From Octopus bimaculoides (lineage: Eukaryota), in contig NC_068991.1 of the NCBI RefSeq assembly GCF_001194135.2, forward strand, positions 42,338,950-42,402,949: a stretch of DNA of 64,000 nt. Reading direction: 5' to 3'. A model generated the notes under the pieces. It was not told the origin of the DNA. It searched no databases and worked only from the letters and a program-made list of their open reading frames with translations. The position numbers and the translations under genes were made by a program. The first letter of the stretch is position 1. Each line of letters begins with the position of its first letter. This document shows positions 12,460 through 22,044 of the stretch, in pieces.

Positions 12460-13932
12460 TCTTCCTAATTTTGGCACAAGACCAGCAACTTTAGTGGAAG
12501 GGGTGTTACTTGATTATATCAACTGCAGTACTTGACTGGTGCTTTATGTAAGCAACCCCTGAAAGAATGAAAGGTAAAGTCGATTGTGGTAGGGTTTCAA
12601 CTCAGAATGTAAAGAGCCAGAAGAAATACCACTAAGCATTTATTTTGACCAACATTTTTACAATTCTGCCAGTTCATCGCCTTAATAATACTTTATTTTC
12701 TTCCTAATTTTGGGACAAGGACGGCAGTTTTGAGGAGATGAGGCAAGTTGATTACATCAATCCCAGTACTCTATTTATCAACTCAGAAAGGAGGAAAGGC
12801 AAAGTTGACCTTGGCAGGATTTGAACTCAGAACATAATTATAATGATTCTGACTAATTTTGGAACAAGGTTAGCAATTTTCAAGGGTGTTGGGGAAGTCA
12901 ATTACATCAACCCCAGTACTTGCCTGGTACTTTATCAACCCAGAAAGGATGAAAGGCAAAGTTGACTTTCACAGGATTTGAAGTCAGAATGCTTACAACT
13001 GGAAGAAATGCTGCTAAACATTTCCTCTGACATGCTAATAATTCTGCCAGCTCACCATCCTTAATGATATAATAATAATAAATATTTCAAATTTGGGCAC
13101 AAGGCCAGCAATATTAGGGTCTGGGGTTTAGTTGATAGCATTGATCTCAGTATTTGACTTGTATTTTATTTTATCAACTCCAAAAGGATGGAAGACAAAG
13201 TTTTGGAGGATAGGGGAGGTTTAATAAATTGAATCAACTCCAGTGCTCAACTTTTACTTATTTCATCAACCCTGAAAGGACGAAAGGCAAAGTCAACTGC
13301 AGCAGAATTTGAACTTCCGAACATAAAGTTGGAGGAAATACTGCTAAGCATTTTGCCCAGCATGCACATGGTTCTGCCAGCTCACTGCCATAAATAATAG
13401 TTTCAAATTTAGGTACAAAGCCTGCACTTTTAGGATGAATGGGTAAGTTGATTACATCGACATCAATACTCAACTGGTACTTATTTTAATCACCTTCTGA
13501 AAGGATGAAACGCAGTCAGCCTCAGTTGGATTTGAACTCAGAGCATACACAGCTGGAAGAAATGTCACTAAGCATTTTGCACAATGTGCTAAAGATTCTG
13601 GCAGGTCACCACTCTTAATAATAATCCTTTCTGATATAGGCACAAGGCCTGAAATTTTGGAGGCAAAGACAAAGTCAATTACATTGNNNNNNNNNNNNNN
13701 NNNNNNCCCCGTGCTTAAATGGTACTTGGAAGGATGAAGGACAAAGTCAACCTCAACAGTATTTGAGCTTAGAATGTAAAGATGGACAATGCCACTAAGC
13801 ATTTTGTCCAGCATGGTAATGATCCCGTCGGCTTACCACCTTAATAATGATGATGATGATGATGATGGTGATTTTAAATTTTGGCACAAGGGGCAACAAT
13901 TTCAAGGATGAGTAAGTCAGTTACATCAACCC
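11975..13932 (-). mobile_element. Head-to-tail array of about 10 SINE family A copies
   Basis: Recurrent ttttggcacaagg..gttgattacatc..aaggatgaaaggcaaagtcaac..atttgaactcag..ttctgccagctca units, all on the minus strand, separated by (TAA)n/(TGA)n. Confidence 0.85.
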
Positions 13933-14891
13933 TATAGCAGGAATATTTTGCAATCAGATCACTATATCTGATGTAAAAAAAAAAAAAAAAGAAAAAAACT
14001 ACTCTAGAAGATGGTTGTAATTTGCTAGAATTTTGTGATAATGTAGTTCCTACATTATCAGAAAAATTCTAACCAATCAAGCTTTTGTGTGGAACTGGCC
14101 CCAACAACAATTTCACCTTTGGCACACTTCTTTCTGAGCTAAACCTTCACTATATACTCAGCACAGCTAACCCCTCTGACAACAGACAGCAGATGGCAGC
14201 TGACTTAAGCACTGGTTCAATACAAAAGCAATGACCAGACAATGAATGAGAGACCTCAGAAGGCAGTAGTACAACCAGCAGCTAACCTCAATGGACAAAT
14301 GGCGACCGTAACACAGGGACCAGTGAACGTTTTGATTGCTGCTACAATCACACTAAATGGCAACAGTAACACAAGGACTAGTGAACATTATTTTGATTGC
14401 TGGTCCTTGTGTTACTATTGCCGTTTGTCCATTGTGGTTAGCTGCTGGTTGTACTAGTGTCTTTTTCGTTAACTTATTGCTGCTTTGTCTCTGCACTGAA
14501 AAGGACAGTAATGATAGCCAAAAGTGTATGCATAGTACATATGATAAAACACAAGACAGAAAAGTGAACAATAAAAGATCCATAAAAAGGAAATGGTGCA
14601 TAGACATAAGAAAATATGCATTTCATTTCTGTTTGTCCTTTCACAAACATAATTCTTATATTACATGTCGATAATATCTGATAATATGTGTTTGTTCCCA
14701 AATATTTGTATTGGGACATTAGTATCTAAGGGGGATAATTCTTTTCCATTTCATTTTCATATAGTTAACAAAAGAAGGCACAGATTAGACCAGTGGTGGT
14801 CTGTAAAGGTAGTACGGCGGGGTCCATGAACTAAACCCCTGGTGGTCTGTAAAGGTAGTACGGCGGGGTCCATGAACTAAATTCAAAATTT

Positions 14892-14940
<49 letters not shown>

Positions 14941-14944
<4 letters not shown>

Positions 14945-15135
14945 ACTTGGGGATGGTCATATTGCCAGTTTAGCCAATAAAAACACACGCACTGTATATT
15001 TGGTGTTAATTTGCTTCAGCTTTATATTACATTAATCTTAATCTTATTTCGGCCAGAGTTCTTTCGTCACACTTCTGTGACCTCATCAGTGGTCCTTTGT
15101 TTCCTTCTTTCTTATGTGTGTCTCACCTTGCTAAA
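14941..15135 (-). mobile_element. Probable Penelope-like pseudo-LTR fragment carrying a minimal hammerhead motif
   Basis: Minus strand 15095-15051 reads GGACCA CTGATGA G GTCACA GAAG TGTGAC GAAA GAAC TC TGGCC. The PLE assignment is inferred from the known association of minimal hammerheads with pLTRs. Confidence 0.45.
15051..15095 (-). ncRNA. Candidate minimal type I hammerhead ribozyme
   Basis: Core CUGAUGA..GAAA..UC present. Stem II is a perfect 6 bp with a GAAG loop, stem I is CCA/UGG plus extension, and there is one extra G after the CUGAUGA box. Confidence 0.55.
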
Positions 15136-15384
15136 TATCAGCCATTTTGTCTGACAAAATGGCTGATATCTTCACAGACTGTTACTCAGAGTTTCACATC
15201 AAGATTAGTCAGATAGTTGTGAACACTCAGTTTTCACATTACCATTCGTTGGACAATTGTGATCATAACTGCCTAATGAATAGTAATGTGAAACTCAGAA
15301 TAACAATCTGTGAAGATTTTCTGGGCTTTAGTAAAAAGTATATACATGTATGTATGTATGTATGTATGTATGTATGTATGTATG

Positions 15385-15735
15385 TCAAATCCTCATTAAA
15401 GGCCTGTGATATGCAGGAGACCGACTGGGAGAGCAATGCTTGTCATCGCCACAGATAGAGGAAGCAGGTTATGGAGGGGGTCGACACCTTTGAAAGAACA
15501 TGTATTCTGCATGAAGAACTTAAGTATGCTGCTCAAAAGTGCACTGCTGGTGTAGTGAATGGGGAAAGCTTGGTTTGCAATGTTTCCAGTCATGTATGCT
15601 TGTCAAGTGCAGGGCTCATTAGCCACCAACAGAGCCGCAAATGCAAAATATAAGTTAGTCCTAGAGTGCACAATGTTCCTGAAGGTCAGCGATGGTCTTC
15701 CTCAGTCATGAGTGGATGGCCATCATGTATGTATG
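15385..15735 (+). mobile_element. RTE-clade LINE 3' fragment
   Basis: Encodes KSSLKACDMQETDWESNACHRHR*RKQVMEGVDTFE..LVCNVSSHVCLSSAGLISHQQS, the RTE/BovB-like C-terminus with a degenerate C2H2-like motif. (TATG)n lies on both sides. Confidence 0.75.
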
Positions 15736-16815
15736 TATTTATGTATATACATATGCATACATCCATAAATACACACACACACACACACACATATGTATTC
15801 AATTTAATAACATCACTTTACACCACACCACTGACGCATGTGCTCACTCATATACAAACACACACTCACATATATGCATTCAAAAATACATACACAAACA
15901 TACTGACTTCACCCCCCTACTCATGTTTCATCATCACCCATTTTGCTTACAATCACACATTCATGCACACATACACCCCTCAAACACACATGCCTATGCA
16001 CCTTTCCATGTGCCTTCTACATAGTGCTCACACACACACACACATACACACATACACACACATACACACACATGCATGCATGCATGCACACATGTACACA
16101 CTCACACTTATTGTGATGTAAGAGTTGTAAAGTATACTGGTTTCATATTTTGGCACAAAGCCAGCAAGTTCAAGGAAAGGGGTGAGTCAATTACATTGAT
16201 TCCCCGCCCCCGTACCCAACTGATACTTATTTTATCAACTCACAAAAGGATGAAAAGTGAAGTCAACCTCAGAAGCATAAGAATTGTAAAACATATTAAC
16301 ATGTATTTTAAATAGCCGGGGCTGAAAGTCAGAGCAGACAATTGACTTTCAATGTAAGCACTTACATACATGCATACACACTCATACACACATAGGTATA
16401 AGTATTTATCACCACCACCACCACCACCACCATCATCATCACAATTGTTTAATGTTCATTTTTATATGCTTGCATGCATCAAACACACTTTGTGGAGGTT
16501 ATATTTTTCTTAAGTCAGATGCCCTCCCTGTAATCAATTGTAACCTATTTCCAAGCAAATGATGATGATGATAAATATATATATATGTATGTGTGTGTGT
16601 GTGTGTGTAAATACATGTAAACCTTGGCATGCTTTAGTGGCGGATTGCAAAAAATGATACCATTTGTATGAAGAGTGACTTTTAATTACAATCATTCCAA
16701 GATAGGGAACACACACACACACACACACACCTGCGCATATATATACCTGCATACACACACACACTCACATTCACACATATATATGTACATGTGTAAAATA
16801 CACACGCACACATTC

Positions 16816-16860
<45 letters not shown>

Positions 16861-17024
16861 GAGTCAGCCACGCTCAAATGATTTGAACTTATGCACTGAA
16901 ATCTTTACTGAGGATTAAGTCTGTGGGGGTATAAGAGGAATCCATGTGAGCAGATATGGAGATAATGATACAAATAAACAAATAAACTGCTTGGGCTTGA
17001 TATATAAAATATACATACATATAT

Positions 17025-17285
17025 GCGCAGGAGTGGCTGTGTGGTAAGTAGTTTGCTTACCAACCACATGGATCCAGGTTCAGTCCCACTGCATGGCACA
17101 TTGAGCAACCAATTGCTTGACAACCGATGTTGGTGTGTTTATGTCTCCGTAACTTAGTAGTTCAGCAAAAGAGACTGATAGAATAAGTACTATGCTTACA
17201 AAGAATAAGTCCTGGGGTCAATTTGTTTGACTAAAGGCTGTGCTCCAGCATGGCCGCAGTCAAATGACTGAAACAAATAAAAGAA
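17025..17285 (+). mobile_element. tRNA-derived SINE family B
   Basis: gcgcaggagtggctgtgtggtaagtagtttgcttaccaaccacatgg..ggttcagtcccactgc head and ..gactgaaacaaataaaagaata tail. Other copies at about 5640-5805(-), 6380-6510(-), 27170-27585(+), 30150-30560(-), 40095-40420(+), 43640-44065(+), 54460-54840(+), 55130-55225(-), 62265-62420(+), 62630-62715(-). Confidence 0.8.
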
Positions 17286-18249
17286 TAATAGAATGTACAT
17301 GTAAATAGAGAGAAAACAGAGACTGAAAATATAAAGATGGTGAACATTCATGTATAAATATATAGATATTTATATATAGATGCCTATCTCTCCACCCTGA
17401 AGACAGAGACTGGATTTACTGAATGTTTATATGCTTCCACTACTGGTTCCATGTACTTTACTTTACTACGTCAGCCAATAGTATGAAGTAACTCCAAGTC
17501 CCCAGAAACAGCTACCAAGATCTGTAACACCATACCTTCTCCCATTAATTTTCTGTGCCTTTGTACTCTGTGTAAGTCTGGTCTGTTAATATATAAATAT
17601 CCATATATCTATGTATGAATGAATACTCACCATCTGAATATTTTCAGTCTTTGTTTTCTCTCTATTTACATGTGAATATATGTTTTTATATATATCACTT
17701 ATGTAGCTTGATTAGCTTTATGCTTTCAAGATGTGAATAAAACAAAGAAACCATCTCCCATGAACTTGTTCAATGACTTTCAAGTGTTTTAACACCCAGT
17801 GCAATGAGGGAGTCATCCCCAGAGTGAACTGCAGTGAACTGGCAAGCAAGCAAAACACATACATTGAGTAAATGCAGTCAATAATGTTTACAACATTAGC
17901 ACTGCTTTTAACTCGTAATTGAATTTAATCTTATGTATGCATTGTTGCAGCATACCAGCAGATGGTTCTTACATTATTTGTATAAAGCCATAAATTGGTG
18001 ATTCAGTTCATCTCCAGTTTGATTCAGGTATGTGATGTTGATAATCCACAAAAATGGCAAAATGTTGGTATCCATCACTCACTCCTGGATGGGATTGGAG
18101 GTGGATTGTCTTGCCTGTGTATGACTGTGCTATGAGGGAGTTGTGCCCAGAGCACTGTACTGCAGCAAACAGGTAAATGAGAGAAACACATATGTACATT
18201 GAGTATGTGTGACCGATAATGTTTACAACACTAGTGCTGCTTTTAATTC

Positions 18250-18287
<38 letters not shown>

Positions 18288-18309
18288 TAGATAGATAGAT
18301 AGATAGATA

Positions 18310-20591
18310 CAGTAGGCCCTGCTTTATAAATCCATCTTGGGACCACCTATTTGGGATTTATTAACAGAGGGAACAAAATTTGCCAATTGATTAAACATGT
18401 GTATTTATTAAAATACATATGTATGTGAATACACAAATAAAAACATTATAAACAATGTCATTGAATCAAAAATTTGTCAAGCATTGTTTGCTTTCCGGGA
18501 TGTATTGTTTGTAACTCTGCATTGATTTTTTTTCCTTAAGAGTTCTAAAAAGATTCATGTCACTGAAATCAAAACTTCCAAGTTTACTTTCAAGTTAGAT
18601 AGTGTTTCATTTCAGCTGGTGTTTGAGGCTCCAGAACTCTTTCATCAACATCAATGTTGGAATCGCCATCTTCATCTCCTTCAGTTTCCTTCTTAGATTG
18701 CTGAATGTCATGAATAATCTCTAGTTTTTCTTCTTCAGTGATGATCTCTGGAGCAACAACAGTCCCATCATCTACAGACAACCAATTTTTGAAATGCTTT
18801 TCGGTCAATCCAATAGGTGGTGAAGGCAGGATCAAATCTTTGTTAACATCTATGGCTTCATTTGATTCTTTGGGCGAAACAAAACCAGCTTTGATCCAGC
18901 TTTGATTGTCTAGCTAGAGACCTTCTTCCAAGCTACACTTAACATGTACATGGCATCCAAAATGGTGATCAGCTTTGCAACTTCTTGGGCAAAAATGTCA
19001 CATTCAGTGTCTTCTATAACATCTTTCACATTTCATGTTTGAAGTAGGCTTTCAAGGTCTTGATTATCCCCATGTCACAGGGCTGCAGCACTGACATTGT
19101 GTTGGGAGGAAGAAATTTTAAAGTGATATTCTTGAGATCATCGATGACTACACCAGAAAAGCAATTGTCAAGTAGGACCACCACTTGTCTTCCAGATTCC
19201 TGCAAACAACGATCCCAAGATCTGAGCCATCTTCCATAGATTTTTTCTGTCATCCAAGCATTGGTTGAAAAGTTGTATTGAATCGGAAACATTTTGACAT
19301 TTTTGAAGCATCTTGGTGAACCAGCCTTTCCGATTAAGAGCAAGTCTTCTTTGTCTCCACTCATGTTGCAGGCCACCATCAAGGTCACATGATCCTGTGC
19401 TGTCTTAAAGCCTCTCACAGTTTTCTTGCAACTCTTGTAGACATATGTATTTCCTGGTAATGCACGGAAGTAGATCGCAGTTTCATTAGCGTTGTAGATG
19501 TCCTGTGGCCTATACAATTTCAACAGAAGCTGCATGGTTGTCTCATGAAATTGATGGGCTCCATCAACGTGAACTTCAGCTGCATCACCTGCTAAGAATG
19601 ATATGTTTAGTTTGTGTTCTCTAAAGAGAAAAATGTGAACTAGTGAATTACATCACTTACCTTTTAGAACCGTAAAAAAAATTCCATGTCTTTTTTGCCA
19701 ATGGTAAAACCAACCTTTGAATGCCTTAAAATCGTGTCCAGCAGCTTGAGCAATGCTGTTGGTTTTGTGCATTAGGATCGGGCCATTGACAGGGACATTT
19801 CTCAAGCAAATAAATTGAAACCAATTGTAGAGAGCACAGTCTGTCTGTTGGTCTTTTCCCTCTCGCTGGCATTTTCTCTTTGATGAACAGCCATCATGTT
19901 CTTTGGCACAATAGGTCATCCTCATTCTTTAGCAAATTCTGGAGCAGACCTCTTGAAATTCCTAAACTCTGTGCTGCTTCCCACTGAGTTGTTTTCCCAA
20001 GAGCTTTGTAACATTCTAACAATTGAATCTTTTCTGCCACAGATTTGTCCTGCCTTTCTCTTTTCATTCTGAACATTTTGAACAACTTGTGTGTATGTCT
20101 GCCTCTCTATGTGAATGACAAATGATGCGTTTCTTTTGCTTTTAAATACTGACAGGTAGGCTCCAGCAGCTGCAACCAACCAGCTGTCACATGGTACACA
20201 CCATCATTCAATGAATAAGAAGGGCGCGTAATTTTGACAAGGGGTGTCTTGGAGCTTACTTTTCCACTTGAATGACAGGGTTGTGAGGTAGACTCCAGCA
20301 GCCACCACCAGCTACTACATATTTATCGATCTATTTTTGGATGATAGAGTGTACCACATGACAGCTGGCTGGCTGTGGCTGCTGGAGTCTACCTGTCAGT
20401 ATTTAAGAGTGAAAAAATAAGCACTTCATTCATTCACTGCCACTTGTTGAATCTTTAGGAAGGAGCAGTGGCAACTGGATTTATTAAGCGATGGTTTGGA
20501 TTTATTAAATGAGAGATTTTATGTGTAAAAATTCCATCCCAACCCATTTTGGATACATTAAATGGATGGATTTATAAAGTGGGATCTACTG
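18310..20591 (-). mobile_element. Full-length pogo/Tigger DNA transposon (2282 bp), inactivated
   Basis: 27-bp TIRs cagtaggccctgctttataaatccatc / cagtagatcccactttataaatccatc (23/27 identical), TA target-site duplication at 18308-18309 and 20592-20593, internal transposase remnant. Confidence 0.95.
18470..20085 (-). pseudogene. Tigger-type transposase pseudogene (psq-like HTH, CENP-B HTH, DDE_1), two exons
   Basis: SVAEKIQLLE..EAAQSLGISRGLLQNLLKN (HTH), ..GPILMHK..FKAFKGWFYHWQKRHGI (CENP-B HTH), IYNANET (first catalytic D changed to N), LLDNC, FLPPNTMSVLQPCDMGII, ITILDAMYMLSVAWKKVS. Frameshifts near 19920, 19025 and 18900 plus in-frame stops. AATAAA on the minus strand at 18404-18409. Confidence 0.9.
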
Positions 20592-20609
20592 TATATATAT
20601 ATATATATC

Positions 20610-21190
20610 ATCATCATCATCATCATCGTTTAACGTCTGCTTTCCATACTAGTATGGGTTGGACGATTTGACTGAGGACTGGCGAACCAGATGGCTGCAC
20701 CAGGCTCCAATCTGATCTGGCAGAGTTTCTACAGCTGGATGCCCTTCCAAACGCCAATCACTCCAAGAGTGTAGTGCGTGCTTTTACGTACCACCGGCAT
20801 GAGTGCCAGTCTGGTGGTACTGGCAATGGCTATGCTCAAATGATGTTTTTTACGTGCCACCTGCACAGGAGTCAGTCCAGCAGCACTGGCAATGACCTCA
20901 CTTGAATGTTTTGTTCATGTGTCACCAGCACAAGTGCTAGTAAGGCGACGCTGGTAACGATCACACTCAAATGGTGCTTTTTATGTGCCACCAGCACAGA
21001 AGCCAGACAGCTGCTCTGGCATTGATCCTGCTCAGATAGAGCTGTTGGTGCTCCACTGGCATGGGTGCCAGTCATCGAATTTGGTTCAATTTCGATTTCA
21101 CTTGCCCCAACAGGTCTCCGCAAGCAGAGTTTATTGTCCAATGAAGGAAGGTTGGCATGGGTGCCAGTCGTCGAATTTGGTTCGATTTTG
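20610..21190 (-). mobile_element. Long family C copy with internal subrepeats
   Basis: (CAT)n then gtttaacgtctgctttccatactag..ggatgcccttcc, repeated tacgtgccacc..tggcaa units, and a direct repeat tggcatgggtgccagtc.tcgaatttggttc near 21057 and 21155. Confidence 0.75.
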
Positions 21191-21251
<61 letters not shown>

Positions 21252-21343
21252 CACATGAGTCATCTAAGAGACCATAAGTCAGGGAAGAGATGCACTTGTA
21301 TATCTGTTAGAGTGGGTATATTATCCAAAAAGTATACTAGTGA

Positions 21344-21510
21344 ATATCCAACATGGTTGGTCTTACCAATCGGTTTCATGTAAAGAATACAATGGAGTGT
21401 TAGGTAACACACTGATTATATAACTTTATGCTCATCAGAGTTGGCCAATATGGAAAGGAATACGGTGACTGCTCTCTATTATTCAGAAGCAGATTAACTC
21501 AACCAGTCAG
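21344..21510 (-). ncRNA. Hammerhead-like motif, left arm of inverted pair (decayed)
   Basis: Minus strand: CTGATGA GCATAAAG..CTTTACAT GAAA CCGATTGG TA AGA. Stem II is damaged by CpG-type transitions. Confidence 0.45.
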
Positions 21511-21652
21511 TAGTTGCTGTGAAGTTCATATACAATCACACGTTCATGCATACATACACTCCTCAAATACATATGCTTATGCACCTTTCCATATGCCTTC
21601 TACATAGTGCTCACACACACGCATGCACACATGTACACACATACACACACCG

Positions 21653-21817
21653 CTGACTGGTTGTGCTAATCCACCTCTGACAATAGAGAGCAGTTGCCAT
21701 ATTCCCTACCATATCGGCTATCTCTGATGAGCGTAAAGTTATATCATCGGTTCGTTACCTAACACTTCATTGTATTCTTTATGTGAAACTAATTGGTAAG
21801 ACCAGCCATGGTGGATA
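21653..21817 (+). ncRNA. Candidate type I hammerhead ribozyme, right arm of inverted pair
   Basis: GGCTATCT CTGATGA(21724-21730) GCGTAAAG..38 nt..CTTTATGT GAAA(21785-21788) CTAATTGG TA AGACCAGCC. Stem II is 8 bp including G-U pairs, loop III is near-palindromic, and the cleavage triplet is GUA. Confidence 0.55.
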
Positions 21818-21906
21818 TTTAATACTATAATTTTCATATAATAAATATATATATATATATATATATATATTTTCAGATAATATATATATATATATACTTT
21901 TCAGAT

Positions 21907-21946
<40 letters not shown>

Positions 21947-22044
21947 TTCTTACACACACACACACTCATGGACATATATGTATACATGTATTTATGTATA
22001 CATTGTATACATAATAGACTAAATAGAATGCTCTCAAAAAAGGA

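Noticed and set aside
11975-13932. Regularly spaced repeats superficially like a CRISPR array
   Set aside because: Units are ~200-bp diverged SINEs joined by microsatellite, with no unique spacers or cas genes, in a eukaryotic context.
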